Below, in pieces: positions 36,882 to 47,293 of a DNA stretch of 64,000 bases. Made by a program: the position numbers and the translations under genes. The stretch's first letter is position 1, and each line of letters begins with the position of its first letter. Origin of the DNA: Gammaproteobacteria bacterium. Its GTDB lineage: Bacteria > Pseudomonadota > Gammaproteobacteria > Pseudomonadales > Azotimanducaceae. The DNA is taken from NCBI GenBank assembly GCA_038131595.1, contig JAYPPR010000003.1, forward strand, positions 144,764 to 208,763. Direction: 5' to 3'. Below the pieces are notes generated by a model. The model was not told the DNA's origin and did no database searches. It saw nothing but the letters and a program-made list of their open reading frames with translations.

Positions 36882-37985
36882 GTGAGCGAACATGAGAGTG
36901 ACCGTGTTATGACCGATTTCAAACCTGAAGATAATGTCGGAACGATTCCCGTTCAGGAAAAGCACCAATTTGACACATCGCGACTTGCGGAGTTCTTAGG
37001 CGATTCAATACCGGACTTTGCAGGTGACCTCTCCGTTGAGGAGTTTGCTGGAGGGCAGAGTAACCCGACCTACTTGTTAACTAGTGGTCAACAGAAATAT
37101 GTGCTCCGCCGGAAGCCGCCCGGTGAGTTGTTGAAATCCGCGCATGCAGTCGACCGAGAGTATCGTGTGCTCACGGCGCTGGCGGATACAGATGTCCCTA
37201 CTGCGAAAACGTACGCGCTGTGCACTGACGACTCAGTCATTGGCAGTTGGTTTTATGTGATGGAATATCTGGAGGGTCGAGTGATTTGGGATTCGACCCA
37301 CGGCCCTTACTCGCCGACTGAGCGGGGTGCTTTTTGGGATGCGGCCAATAAAGCGGTTGCGAGTCTTCATCAGGTCGATTTTAAGTCCGTTGGATTAGAG
37401 GGATTCGGGAAAGAAAGTGACTACATCGCGAGGCAGCTCAGTCGATGGGGCGGCCAATACGAATACACGAAAACGGTCGATAACCCCTTTATGGATCAAT
37501 TGCTGGAATATTTGCCTGCCAATATTCCAGCCACCGATGACTGCTCGGTTGTTCATGGCGACTTACAGATTGCCAACATGATGATGCACGCCTCCGAAGC
37601 AGAGGTTATTGGAATTCTGGATTGGGAACTTTCAACGTTGGGCTGTCCTCTGGCTGACTTTGCTTACCTGTGCAGACCCTATCGTGATGCGCTCAGAGGA
37701 ATTGATCTTGCGCCGCTGGGTATTCCTTCAGAGGAGGCGTTTGTTGAGGCGTATTGTGAGCGAACAGGGCGCTCTGCTATTCCCAACTGGGACTACTACC
37801 TTGCCTTTAATATGTTCAAGATGGCGGCCATCCTGCAAGGGATCGCTCGGCGGGTACTAGACGGCACGGCCGCGAGTAATCACGCTGAGGAAGCAGGCGC
37901 TGGTGCCTTCAATATGGCTAAGTTAGCTTGGGCACAGATCGACAAAAGCGTTGATTTATCGGACCTTGATGCGCTGAGAGGCTAG
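36882..37985 (+). CDS. phosphotransferase family protein (APH/choline-kinase-like; type often paired with acyl-CoA dehydrogenases)
   Basis: The kinase motifs VVHGDLQIANMM and ILDWELS are present, with QSNPTYLL near the N-terminus. Confidence 0.8.
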   Translation: MSEHESDRVMTDFKPEDNVGTIPVQEKHQFDTSRLAEFLGDSIPDFAGDLSVEEFAGGQSNPTYLLTSGQQKYVLRRKPPGELLKSAHAVDREYRVLTALADTDVPTAKTYALCTDDSVIGSWFYVMEYLEGRVIWDSTHGPYSPTERGAFWDAANKAVASLHQVDFKSVGLEGFGKESDYIARQLSRWGGQYEYTKTVDNPFMDQLLEYLPANIPATDDCSVVHGDLQIANMMMHASEAEVIGILDWELSTLGCPLADFAYLCRPYRDALRGIDLAPLGIPSEEAFVEAYCERTGRSAIPNWDYYLAFNMFKMAAILQGIARRVLDGTAASNHAEEAGAGAFNMAKLAWAQIDKSVDLSDLDALRG

Positions 37986-38112
37986 ACGGTTCTGGTTCGA
38001 ACCGGTGTGGCCAAAGGTGATCATAATCAAGGGCAGAACAGGCCGGTTCTTCTGCGCGAGCGCGTCTAAATCGATATAGTTTTAGGGTGAACGGAATCCC
38101 GGATGCTGTGGC

Positions 38113-38970
38113 CTATTCAATACCGGCCAGGAATCGATTGATGGCCTTTCGCAAGCGCGCGGGTTGTTCCTCCCATATGACGTGGCTTGCGCCTCTTATC
38201 ATCTCAAACTGACCGTTATGCAGTCGTTTGGCGTATCGCTGCCCTGTGGCCGGGGTGGCCTCATCGTGCTCACCGCAAACAATTAGGGTGGGAATCTTGA
38301 CGTTCTTTAGGTGTGGCGTCCGGTCATGATCTTTCAGTGTACCCGTCGCCACAAATTCACTTGGGCCCCACATGTGCTCGTAGATGGCGGCACCTCTTGG
38401 GTTATCTCGCGAGAACATGGCGTCAAGTTTCTTGTCATTTCTCAGCACGTGTTTACGGTAGTAGCGGCGCATCACCGCTTGATAAACCGATGCGTCTGTC
38501 GCACCAATGTCATGGCAATAGCGAATGACCTTTTGGTCTTCCTTGCTCATCGCTCTGATTAGTTGCTTTGCGTCGCGTTGCCAATCGATCGCTGAGAGCA
38601 TTGGAGATTGGAGCACTAAGCTTTGTAGACCCGATTCCGGGTGCCTCAGGCCATATTCCAGCGCGAGGGTTGCGCCCCACGAGCCTCCCATGAGATGAAA
38701 GCGGTCGAGGCCCCACGTGGCGATCAATGTGTGTAGTTCCTTAACAAAGGTGGCAACGGTTCTGCGCCGTTTTGGTAGATCGCCACTTTTTCCAGATCCC
38801 ATTTGTGTGTACGCATACACCTGTCGACCCTCGGCGAGGTCGAAGAGACGACTTTTTGGGTTGTGAGTACCCCCAGGGCCGCCATGTAACCAAACAATGG
38901 GTGGCTTTTCGGAACGAGCACCTCGAACGGTGTAGTGCGTCTTTCCTAAGGCATGTTCAATGAATGCCAC
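38113..38970 (-). CDS. alpha/beta hydrolase, proline iminopeptidase family
   Basis: WLHGGPGG, the nucleophile elbow GGSWGA and the C-terminal SHVIWEE are present. Confidence 0.8.
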   Translation of the reverse strand: MAFIEHALGKTHYTVRGARSEKPPIVWLHGGPGGTHNPKSRLFDLAEGRQVYAYTQMGSGKSGDLPKRRRTVATFVKELHTLIATWGLDRFHLMGGSWGATLALEYGLRHPESGLQSLVLQSPMLSAIDWQRDAKQLIRAMSKEDQKVIRYCHDIGATDASVYQAVMRRYYRKHVLRNDKKLDAMFSRDNPRGAAIYEHMWGPSEFVATGTLKDHDRTPHLKNVKIPTLIVCGEHDEATPATGQRYAKRLHNGQFEMIRGASHVIWEEQPARLRKAINRFLAGIE

Positions 38971-38973
38971 GAC

Positions 38974-40146
38974 TTAAGCGCCCGTTGGAAGCAGTGTTTG
39001 CGAGAGGTGTGCCCAGTAGCTTGCCCCAATGGGAAGGACATCGTCGTTAAAATCGTACCCCGGGTTATGGATCATGCAGGAGCCTTCGCCGCGACCATTG
39101 CCGATCCAAATATAGCTGCCTGGTTTCTGCTGAAGCATGTAGGCAAAGTCCTCTGATCCCATTGACGGAGTGGGGTTGGTATTCACGTTCGATCTGCCCA
39201 CTGTTAGCGCCGCAGCCTCGATGGCGTCCTCAGTCTCTTTTATTGCATTGACCGTGGGTGGGTAGCGCCTTTCGTAGTGAACATTAGCAAGGGCTCCAAA
39301 TGAGGCAGCAATCTGAGACGAAAGTTGTTCTATTCCCTCCTCGAGCTGCTGCTGGATTTTGGTCGAAAAACATCGAGTACAGCCTCTTATGACCGCTTGA
39401 TCGGGAATGACGTTGTAAGCTTCTCCGGCATGGATCTGGGTGATGCTCAGCACACTGGGTTCAAGCGGATTAATTTGCCGTGACACCATCGTCTGCAACG
39501 CATTAACGATTTGGCTAGCGACAATAATTGGGTCCACGGTTTGCTGTGGGATAGCTGCATGTCCCCCTCGACCAACGACCTCTATCTCAAAAATATCGAA
39601 AGCAGCCATAATGGGACCATCTTTGATGGCAAACGCTCCAACCTCGATGCCAGGGATATTGTGCATGCCGTAGACACTTTCGCAGGGGAACTGGTCAAAC
39701 AGCCCGGCTTCAACCATTGCGCGCGCGCCGCCCTCGTTCTCTTCTGCTGGCTGAAAAATGAAATGAATGGTTCCGGAGAACTGCCCATGGTTCGCTAGAT
39801 ACTCGGCAGCACCGAGAAGCATAATGGTGTGGCCATCATGTCCGCAGGCGTGCATGACACCGGGTGTTGTTGATACATGGTCAAAGTCGTTGGCCTCGAC
39901 AATGGGCAAGGCATCGAGGTCAGCGCGAAGCCCGATAGCCCGGTTGCCTCCGCCGCGGCTCAGCGTACCAACCACGCCCGTCCCAGCGATGCCAGTAGTT
40001 ACCTGAAGGCCAAATTTACGGAGCTGATCTGCAACGAAAGCCGATGTTCGGTGCTCCTCAAACGCCAATTCAGGGTGCCTGTGGAGGTCGCGACGCCACT
40101 CCGTGAGTTTCGAGTGCGCCTCGGCAATTTCTGGCATCACGTTCAT
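38974..40146 (-). CDS. M20-family amidohydrolase (hippurate hydrolase / N-acyl-amino-acid amidohydrolase type)
   Basis: MHACGHDGH, FQPAEE and the overall M20D pattern are present. Confidence 0.85.
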   Translation of the reverse strand: MNVMPEIAEAHSKLTEWRRDLHRHPELAFEEHRTSAFVADQLRKFGLQVTTGIAGTGVVGTLSRGGGNRAIGLRADLDALPIVEANDFDHVSTTPGVMHACGHDGHTIMLLGAAEYLANHGQFSGTIHFIFQPAEENEGGARAMVEAGLFDQFPCESVYGMHNIPGIEVGAFAIKDGPIMAAFDIFEIEVVGRGGHAAIPQQTVDPIIVASQIVNALQTMVSRQINPLEPSVLSITQIHAGEAYNVIPDQAVIRGCTRCFSTKIQQQLEEGIEQLSSQIAASFGALANVHYERRYPPTVNAIKETEDAIEAAALTVGRSNVNTNPTPSMGSEDFAYMLQQKPGSYIWIGNGRGEGSCMIHNPGYDFNDDVLPIGASYWAHLSQTLLPTGA

Positions 40147-40182
40147 TGATTTAGTCTCCTGTTGCTGACGTCATCCTACCAT

Positions 40183-40755
40183 CTAGTGGGGATCGGGTAA
40201 CTCGATCTTAAGCGCCGCTGCTCGGCGCACGAACCGTGGCGAATGGGCGAGGGCTGCAACCAACGCTTTCCACGGCTCATCGCCTGACGACATGATCTGA
40301 CACTCGCGATAGAGCTGTAATATATAGTCCATATTGCTCCCGCTTGGTCCTGCGGCTAGAAGGATGGTCTGAACCAGTTGGTCGATGCTCGGTTCGCCCA
40401 GATCCCAAGGGTTACCGGGTAACGCGATATACGTCACTGCCTCAAAGATCGCCTCACCCACTTCTACAGAAATGGGAATAAGGGAGTATCCGTTTTGCTC
40501 GCGGACATCAAGTTTTTCGAACACTCGATCCTGATCCGAGGGGGCTATCTCAAATAGTTTGCCTACGACGAAACGCTGAGGTGAGGTCCGAAGGCTTGCA
40601 ACCGCTCCGGGGCGATGTACCGTTCCTCGGTGATCGGTAGATGCTTGATTGATAACCCTTGAATAACCACGAAGGGTTCCGATCATCGTTCTAATAGGAA
40701 CAAAATCCTGCCGCCAAAGGATGGAGCCGTAGCCGAATAAGTAAGAGGTCGTCAC
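40183..40755 (-). CDS. chaC: ChaC-family gamma-glutamylcyclotransferase
   Basis: The N-terminal YLFGYGSILWRQDF is present, with the catalytic Glu context LDVREQNGY. Confidence 0.75.
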   Translation of the reverse strand: MTTSYLFGYGSILWRQDFVPIRTMIGTLRGYSRVINQASTDHRGTVHRPGAVASLRTSPQRFVVGKLFEIAPSDQDRVFEKLDVREQNGYSLIPISVEVGEAIFEAVTYIALPGNPWDLGEPSIDQLVQTILLAAGPSGSNMDYILQLYRECQIMSSGDEPWKALVAALAHSPRFVRRAAALKIELPDPH

Positions 40756-40936
40756 ATCGGCAGACTATCAGGTTTGTAGCCAGCGCGTGACCAGAAGGTG
40801 GTCAGTTGCGCTCGCTTGTCGTCACATCTGTTCGAAGCACGTTTCTCAAGCAGGATGAGTACAATAGTCGAGATGCCCAGCAGCCAGACACTCGGTTTTG
40901 ATTGTGCGAGAGGCATTCGGAAAAAAAGAGATCAAT

Positions 40937-42031
40937 ATGACAAGACTTCGATATGGCCTACTTGGTGCAGGAATGATGGGCCAAGAACATATGAGAAATC
41001 TTCGCTTGCTAGAGGAGGTTGAGCTGGTAGCGTTTATGGATACCGACGAATCGATGGCCAATCGCGCGCAATTGATCGAGCCACGGGCAGAGCGGGTTAA
41101 TCACATGGATGATTTGCTGGCGCAGGATCTGGACGCGCTCGTCGTCGCTACACCAAATTTTCAGCACGCGGACCAGTTATTAGCGTTAGCCGAGCAACCT
41201 AATCTTGCGATCTTGTGTGAAAAGCCGATTTGCACCCAGATAGGTGACGTGAAACGCCTGGCTGAAACGTTCGAGGGTCGCTCGGCTCCCTTGTGGGTGG
41301 GTATGGAGTATCGGTTTATGCCGGCGATGCAAGCATTTCTAGGCAAGTGTGCCGGCGTCGGAGACAAGCATTTACTGTCCATTCGCGAGCACCGTTATCC
41401 CTTTTTAAAAAAGGTCAACGACTGGAATCGATTTAATCGATTTTCAGGGGGGACCTTTGTCGAAAAGTGCTGTCATTTCTTTGATCTGATGCGATTGATT
41501 CTAGATCAGGATCCCGTGCGGGTCTTTGCGACGGGTGGGCAGGCGTGCAATCACTTAGATGAGCACTACCCGCAGGGGACGCCGGATATCTTGGACCATG
41601 GCTTAGTCATCGTAGAGTTTGATGGGGGCGCTCGGGCGACGCTAGATCTCTGCATGTTTGCAGAAGGGGCGAAGTTTGAACAGGACATCAGTTTGACGGG
41701 TGATGAGGCGCGTCTGGATGTTCATATTCCGGGCCCTCATCCTCGTCAGTCGGAATCGCCAGCTCAAATCAATTTATATCCAAGACGTTCCACGGCCGTG
41801 CACGAAATTATCGAGCTCCCGAGTGAAATTAAGGCGGCTGGGGCGCATCAAGGAGCGACTTACTATGCTCATCAGGCATTTGCTCGAACGGTTAAGTCCG
41901 GTGCGCCCGTCGAGGTGACACTTCGTGATGGCCTCTTGGCGGTTCTGATGGGGATGGCTGCCCAGGCATCCATTCAGAAAGGCCAGGCGATCGCTATCGA
42001 TGCTGTGAATCTTGAAGTTCACGACTCGTAA
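40937..42031 (+). CDS. Gfo/Idh/MocA-family NAD(P)-dependent oxidoreductase
   Basis: The Rossmann N-terminus YGLLGAGMMGQEH and the EKP motif (ILCEKPI) are present. The ATG at 40937 is preferred over the ORF-track start at 40898. Confidence 0.85.
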   Translation: MTRLRYGLLGAGMMGQEHMRNLRLLEEVELVAFMDTDESMANRAQLIEPRAERVNHMDDLLAQDLDALVVATPNFQHADQLLALAEQPNLAILCEKPICTQIGDVKRLAETFEGRSAPLWVGMEYRFMPAMQAFLGKCAGVGDKHLLSIREHRYPFLKKVNDWNRFNRFSGGTFVEKCCHFFDLMRLILDQDPVRVFATGGQACNHLDEHYPQGTPDILDHGLVIVEFDGGARATLDLCMFAEGAKFEQDISLTGDEARLDVHIPGPHPRQSESPAQINLYPRRSTAVHEIIELPSEIKAAGAHQGATYYAHQAFARTVKSGAPVEVTLRDGLLAVLMGMAAQASIQKGQAIAIDAVNLEVHDS

Positions 42032-42091
42032 CAGTAGCGCCGATAGCGCTAACGTAGTGGAGCGAGTAAAGGGACAAATGCTTTTGCCCGG

Positions 42092-42823
42092 CTAGGCGGC
42101 AGTGGCGGTCGTGTCGATGAGAAAGGTCGGATCCCAGTCGCCATCGAAATGCTGGGTGTTCTTCCAGGTCCTCGGCAGCGTGCTGAGATCCCTAGTCCCT
42201 TTAAAGGTCACTTGATCATCGGCGAGAGAGAACACATCAATGGTTTGAGACGCTAGGTCCAGAATCAGAAAGCCTGGCCAGCGGTTGCCAGCAAGCGTTC
42301 CCGCATTAATGAGAACAGCGGTTTCGAAGGGAATGACGGACTGAAAGTGGACGTGGCCGTTGATAATCCACGAAAAGCGGCCCTGATCAATGATGTCATC
42401 TAGCCTGCTTGATCGCTCTACAGGCATTCTTTCAGTGCCTGGCCAAATTTTGGCGAGGTCCTGGTCTCCCATCCCATGGCATAACAGAACGTCCTGCTGC
42501 CCGACCGTTATCGTTCGCGTTTTTGGTAAAGACTCAAGGTAGTCGAGTGTCTTGCTGTTTAAGTCGGATCGGTGATGAGCATTGGTGACGTGTCGACTTC
42601 GATCCGTTAACAGCCACCGGTCATGGTTGCCCGCAACGGTAGTGACATTGTGATCCATGAGGATCTCCACCGTCTCATCCAGATCACCTACCCCATCCGA
42701 CAGATCTCCGGTGCAGGCGATTTGATTGATACCCTGATCGTACAGGTAATCTAGTGTCAGAGTGAGGCGGTGATGTTCGGCATGGACATCGCCAATAATC
42801 CCGAGTTTAAGAGGGGCAGGCAT
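42092..42823 (-). CDS. metallophosphoesterase (calcineurin-like) family protein
   Basis: GDVHAEHH, GDLSDG, GNHD and GHVH are present. Confidence 0.8.
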   Translation of the reverse strand: MPAPLKLGIIGDVHAEHHRLTLTLDYLYDQGINQIACTGDLSDGVGDLDETVEILMDHNVTTVAGNHDRWLLTDRSRHVTNAHHRSDLNSKTLDYLESLPKTRTITVGQQDVLLCHGMGDQDLAKIWPGTERMPVERSSRLDDIIDQGRFSWIINGHVHFQSVIPFETAVLINAGTLAGNRWPGFLILDLASQTIDVFSLADDQVTFKGTRDLSTLPRTWKNTQHFDGDWDPTFLIDTTATAA

Positions 42824-42917
42824 AAAAATTACCAGAGCGAATCAAGAGTAGATACGACATCTAATAACAGGCAGTTTAATCGCACTGCTCGCAGGCCAAC
42901 ACGCCAGATCTATGGTC

Positions 42918-45344
42918 TCAGTTACCCAGTCGGTAGCGAAGCTTTACGACTAACGTGTCAACTAGCGCTTGCTTCCAGGCTTCGCTGAATTGATCGCCAA
43001 AGCCCCGGGCGATATTGCTAGGAACGTTAGAGCCCCGCGTGTAAACCACGAAAAGGTCAGACAGTGGAGCAAGCTCCCATCGATACCGTGCCTGAAAGGA
43101 CATGCGCGAGATGGTGAAGTCTCGATCACTATCTGCGTTTTGCACAGGCGCCAGTGATTGGCCTGTTCCCGGGAGTACGAATCGGTCGTGCTCGAATGCC
43201 TTGATACCGACCCACTGCAAGCTGATGCGCGCTTGCTGACGGGCCGATAGAAAATAAGAAAACTCGAAATTGGGACGCCAGGTCTCGGCTTGAAATCGCG
43301 TGAAGTTTTGGTCGCCTGAGTGGAGCAACCATCCGGTCCGGGTCTCGTGTCTGAGTGATAGATTGAATGCGATACGGTCAGAGGGCTGATAGTTCAATCG
43401 CGTGGTGTAGCGTCTTAGCATGCCACCAATGTCTTCTTGTTCAAGTTGAACGTTCGTCGAAACGCTGAGTGGCTGTGCTGGGTTGCTGCTCCATCTCAGA
43501 CCGAACTGGAATCGATCGTCGAGTAGATAACTGCCGTTCCCTCCGCTGTTTTTGTCCTCAAAGCGCTCGGGGAAGAAGTCGAGGTCAATTTCAAGTTCAT
43601 TGTTGGACAAGTAGCGCCACTCTCGAGATAAGGAATATCCCTCGCGGACGACCTCACCCGCTGTGTTCTCGTAGCGCCTTATCCGGAGGTTATCGACTCG
43701 TTCCTTTAGTCCAGCGCGGTTTGAATCTCTTCGGTCAAAGCTGTAACTAAAGCCTTGAAAGTCGTTTCTTCGGAGGAAGCCAAAATCATTGATATCGAGG
43801 GTGTCATCAAAGTGATCGACCGTGACTTTATGTTGCAGGCCGCGCTTTGGGCGGTAGGTTAAATCAGCAAATACGCCATCACCACGAGTGCCCTCTATGT
43901 CGGAATGGAGCGTCTGAACATCAAGCGTCATCCGCCCATTGTTACTCAAGAAGTGAGCGTCGATGCCTGCTGTTCGCGCGGTTTCGACGGGGTGGTCGAC
44001 CTCAGTGACCAGCGCGCCTAGCGCGCGGCGTCCGGATCCCTCGGATTGTTCAAACAGTACCCGAGCTGCGATGAAATCGCGGCCCACTTGCTCGAACTGT
44101 CGGGTGTTGCCGTCTACTGTGCCTGTCAGCTTCGTGTCGTCCTCTATCGCTGTTAACACACCGTATCGTAGGGCGCCGTTCTGTCCGGTTACCTTTGCTG
44201 CGCCTAGAAGTTCGCTGGGTTGGTTTGATTCAATGCTGCTGAACTCGACACCGTCAAGATTCAGGGGCTTTGGCGGTGCTCCGATTCTACGTGTGTTGAT
44301 GAGCGTAGTAGGGGAGCCGCCTCCGCCACCAGGACCCCATCGTGGATTCGCGCGCGGTGACGTAGAAAAGATCTCCTGTCCTTCTAAAAAGAATGGTCTT
44401 TTTTCTGAGAAAAATGTCTCGTAGCTAGTTAGGTTCACCACCACTTCATCAGATTCAACGTTACCAAAGTCGGGAGCGATGGAGCTGGTAATCTGAAACG
44501 CGGTGGTTGGCCGCCAGAAGAAGTCAAAGCCGGCTTTTGCGGTGGATTCCCCAGCATATTCATCGAGCGTTGCAGAAGCATAAGGGTAGAAAGTGAACTG
44601 TTGCTTCGGGTTGACGCCCTTAATGGACACCCGAGGCAACACCGATAAAAAGGTGCTTTGGGTTCTGGGAAGCGCGGGGGAACCCCAATCCATTCCTGCA
44701 TCAGCAACCGCCCGCTGGAAGTAAAGACCAATGGTACGTTCGCCGGTTGGTCGGTAGGGAAGGGTCATCATGGTCCATGGCAAAAAGAACTCGGCGGTCC
44801 AGTAGGTATCCCCTCGGGCGGTGGCGCCTTGCCATGGGCCGTCCCAGTTATTGGAGTACTGCCTTTCCGGCAAAATCGTGCCGTCCTGCATCGTGCCACC
44901 GAGGTTGATGGCAAACCAATACGCGTAAAGACCTTCGCCTGAGGCGTCTATGGATACGGATATTCTGTCGCGTTGAAGATAATCATCACGGCTGCTGAGG
45001 CGCTCCACAAATGCGCTCTTTGCTTGCTCCATACGAGCACCGACGTACATTCCCCGCTCGGTGTACAACACGAACATCTCGGTTTTTTCAGGGGCGGGTT
45101 CGAGGGTGTCCGGCGAGATCACGCTGAAGTCTTGATACACTTGCGCGGTCATCCACTCTGATTCGGTAAGTTCCCCATCGATGATGATATCGATGTCATC
45201 CTCTGATGCATAAACGGGGTCTGGCCAGCGGAGTTCGGCATTGGCGTGCTGGCCAACGATGAGTAAGGCAAGGACTGCAATCCAGCGCGAATGAGACCTG
45301 GTTAGAGAAGCAAGTGACTTTAGGTGGTTGATCCCCTCAACCAA
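42918..45344 (-). CDS. large exported/outer-membrane-type protein, CBM9-like N-domain plus DUF5916-like beta-rich region
   Basis: IIIDGELTESEWMTAQVYQDFSVISPDTLEPAPEKTEMFVLYTERGMYVGARME resembles the CBM9/DUF5916 family N-terminus. The signal peptide is RWIAVLALLIVGQHANA. The start is uncertain: the ORF is open to 45671, and the first in-frame candidates near the signal peptide are TTG codons at 45344, 45359 and 45374. Confidence 0.7.
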   Translation of the reverse strand: MVEGINHLKSLASLTRSHSRWIAVLALLIVGQHANAELRWPDPVYASEDDIDIIIDGELTESEWMTAQVYQDFSVISPDTLEPAPEKTEMFVLYTERGMYVGARMEQAKSAFVERLSSRDDYLQRDRISVSIDASGEGLYAYWFAINLGGTMQDGTILPERQYSNNWDGPWQGATARGDTYWTAEFFLPWTMMTLPYRPTGERTIGLYFQRAVADAGMDWGSPALPRTQSTFLSVLPRVSIKGVNPKQQFTFYPYASATLDEYAGESTAKAGFDFFWRPTTAFQITSSIAPDFGNVESDEVVVNLTSYETFFSEKRPFFLEGQEIFSTSPRANPRWGPGGGGGSPTTLINTRRIGAPPKPLNLDGVEFSSIESNQPSELLGAAKVTGQNGALRYGVLTAIEDDTKLTGTVDGNTRQFEQVGRDFIAARVLFEQSEGSGRRALGALVTEVDHPVETARTAGIDAHFLSNNGRMTLDVQTLHSDIEGTRGDGVFADLTYRPKRGLQHKVTVDHFDDTLDINDFGFLRRNDFQGFSYSFDRRDSNRAGLKERVDNLRIRRYENTAGEVVREGYSLSREWRYLSNNELEIDLDFFPERFEDKNSGGNGSYLLDDRFQFGLRWSSNPAQPLSVSTNVQLEQEDIGGMLRRYTTRLNYQPSDRIAFNLSLRHETRTGWLLHSGDQNFTRFQAETWRPNFEFSYFLSARQQARISLQWVGIKAFEHDRFVLPGTGQSLAPVQNADSDRDFTISRMSFQARYRWELAPLSDLFVVYTRGSNVPSNIARGFGDQFSEAWKQALVDTLVVKLRYRLGN

Positions 45345-45386
45345 TCTGTAAGGGATCAATCTGTGAGAGACCAATCTGCGAGATAT
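45342..45386. promoter_or_regulatory. three tandem 15-bp direct repeats (CAATCTG core) at the 5' end of the DUF5916-like gene
   Basis: Read directly: caatctgtaagggat / caatctgtgagagac / caatctgcgagatat. Confidence 0.35.
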
Positions 45387-45653
45387 TCGACGCGCGTTTG
45401 GTCTACCATTCGGCGCTGACTGTGAGGGATTTTCGTTTGCCTTGCTGTGTCCTCTGCCAAGCGAAGAAGGAGCGTCTTCGCAAGCTATCATCCAAGTAGT
45501 CTTCGATGATCGGTCAGCGTTGTGTGCAAGGTCAGCGGGCATGGTGGCGCGATGATACAGCAAGCGTTTTGGAGTCGCTACGGTCATAAAGCATTTAAAA
45601 TGAGAAAAAATTATCGTCGACAATGGTGTGCGTGGGCATGAGCAAGGGCCGCA

Positions 45654-46469
45654 ATGAACGCACTTGAACACGCCGGTTTGCTGGCAATCAACAGTGTCGA
45701 GTTCCCCGGCTCGATGCGATCAAGGCAAGCGCTTTTTTGCCAAAGACACCAACTTATGGTGGATATCTACGATGGAGACGCGAGCGCAGATGGGTTGGTG
45801 ACGCTTTTCTTCTATGGCGGAAACTGGCAGAGCGGTCATCGGTCTCAGTATCGGTTTGTAGGGGAGGCACTGGCTCGATTGGGCGTTACAGCGGTAGTCG
45901 CTGATTATAGGAAGTGGCCAGTCGCGCGATTTGCTGACACCTATCAAGACGCAAACGAGGCGCTTGATTGGGTCCTGACTGAATACCCCGGACGTGAGAT
46001 CGTTTTGGCCGGGCATTCAGCGGGAGCTCACCTAGCGGGTTTATTGGCCATAAACCGGTCTCTCGGGGGTGGGTCCCCCATTAAAGGGTTCATCGGTTTA
46101 GCTGGTCCTTACTATTTTTACCCTTTCTCTGAATCCATGCACTGGCATTACTTCGGGCCAGCCTGGCAATACCCTTCGTCACAACCTGTCTGGCAGCTGC
46201 ACTCAGACGTGCCCAGTATGCTGCTACTTCATGGTGCCAATGACCATCGAGTCAGGCGGGGCCAATCAAAAGCCTTGTATGAGCGAGTGTTGGGTCTTGG
46301 AGGCTTGGCTATTCGACGGGTCTATGAGAATCTTGGGCATGCAGAGCTGATCCTCGAGTGTGTCAGGTGGCGAAGACCTCACTCCTTTGTTATCGAAGAT
46401 ATTGCTCGTTACTTAAACGCTTTAACCACGCATTCGGTGGCTGAAATGGAGAGAGAACTATGGCGCTAA
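45654..46469 (+). CDS. alpha/beta hydrolase (esterase/lipase-like)
   Basis: The oxyanion-hole-like FFYGGNW, the nucleophile elbow GHSAGAH and a C-terminal HG..D are present. Confidence 0.8.
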   Translation: MNALEHAGLLAINSVEFPGSMRSRQALFCQRHQLMVDIYDGDASADGLVTLFFYGGNWQSGHRSQYRFVGEALARLGVTAVVADYRKWPVARFADTYQDANEALDWVLTEYPGREIVLAGHSAGAHLAGLLAINRSLGGGSPIKGFIGLAGPYYFYPFSESMHWHYFGPAWQYPSSQPVWQLHSDVPSMLLLHGANDHRVRRGQSKALYERVLGLGGLAIRRVYENLGHAELILECVRWRRPHSFVIEDIARYLNALTTHSVAEMERELWR

Positions 46470-47281
46470 CGCCCTCGACGACCGACGAACTTTTAGTAGA
46501 ACAGCACGACCGCGTAGCGCTCATCACGCTGAACCGGCCAGATCGATTCAATGCGATCAGCCGAGACATGTTAGATGAGCTTTCGAAAAAGGTGGTTGAA
46601 GCTAATAAAGATCCCGATATCCGCTGCATTGTCCTGACCGGTGCTGGGAAAGGGTTTTGCTCTGGCCTCGATTTAATTGGTGTGAGTGAAGGCGGCATTG
46701 GTAGTGGCGATTCAAAGGGTACAAATCGCCCAGCACGGCAATTGTTCGACTTAAGAGATGCGCCCATTAACGTGATGTGGAATATCGATACCCCCATGAT
46801 CTGCGCTTTGAACGGGCCAGCAGCGGGGTATGGGATGGATCTCACGTTGCTTTGCGATATGCGCATTGCTTCGACCACAGCAAAGATGGCTGCGGTCACT
46901 GCGAAACGTAATGTAGTTCCCGAAAGCGGCGGAACTTGGCTACTGCCAAGATTGATTGGCTGGGGTAAGGCGGCTGAACTGTACTACCGAGCGAGAACAG
47001 TGGATGCCAAGGAGTGCCTTGAAATGGGGCTTATCAACGAGATTGTTGAGCCAGACGCGCTGATGCCCACAGCAATGCAATGGGCAAAGGAGATCGCCGA
47101 CAACGCGCCCCTTGCGGTTCAGACAACGAAACGAATGATGCGTATGGGGCTTGAAGAGTCCTACGATACGGCAGTAGACCACCTCATGGTGCATCTCGCT
47201 GGCATGTTCCAAAGTGAGGATTTCAAAGAGGGCGTCCAGGCGTTCGTTGAGAAACGAAAACCTGAATTCACCGGCCGATAG
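46460..47281 (+). CDS. enoyl-CoA hydratase/isomerase (crotonase) family protein
   Basis: ITLNRPDRFNAI, VLTGAGKGFCSGLDL and FVEKRKPEFTG are present. Confidence 0.85.
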   Translation: MALTPSTTDELLVEQHDRVALITLNRPDRFNAISRDMLDELSKKVVEANKDPDIRCIVLTGAGKGFCSGLDLIGVSEGGIGSGDSKGTNRPARQLFDLRDAPINVMWNIDTPMICALNGPAAGYGMDLTLLCDMRIASTTAKMAAVTAKRNVVPESGGTWLLPRLIGWGKAAELYYRARTVDAKECLEMGLINEIVEPDALMPTAMQWAKEIADNAPLAVQTTKRMMRMGLEESYDTAVDHLMVHLAGMFQSEDFKEGVQAFVEKRKPEFTGR

Positions 47282-47293
47282 AGCGACGGCCCA

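Noticed and set aside
37992-38005. ctggttcgaaccgg palindrome resembling a tRNA T-arm (GGTTCGAA)
   Set aside because: No acceptor, D or anticodon arms can be built around it. It is a short palindrome just after the phosphotransferase stop and is not followed by a T-run.
45345-45671. N-terminal ~109-residue extension of the DUF5916-like ORF (MFKCVHCGPCSC...)
   Set aside because: It precedes the obvious signal peptide and overlaps the divergent hydrolase start region. It is likely non-coding, although upstream ATGs at 45542 and 45491 cannot be excluded.
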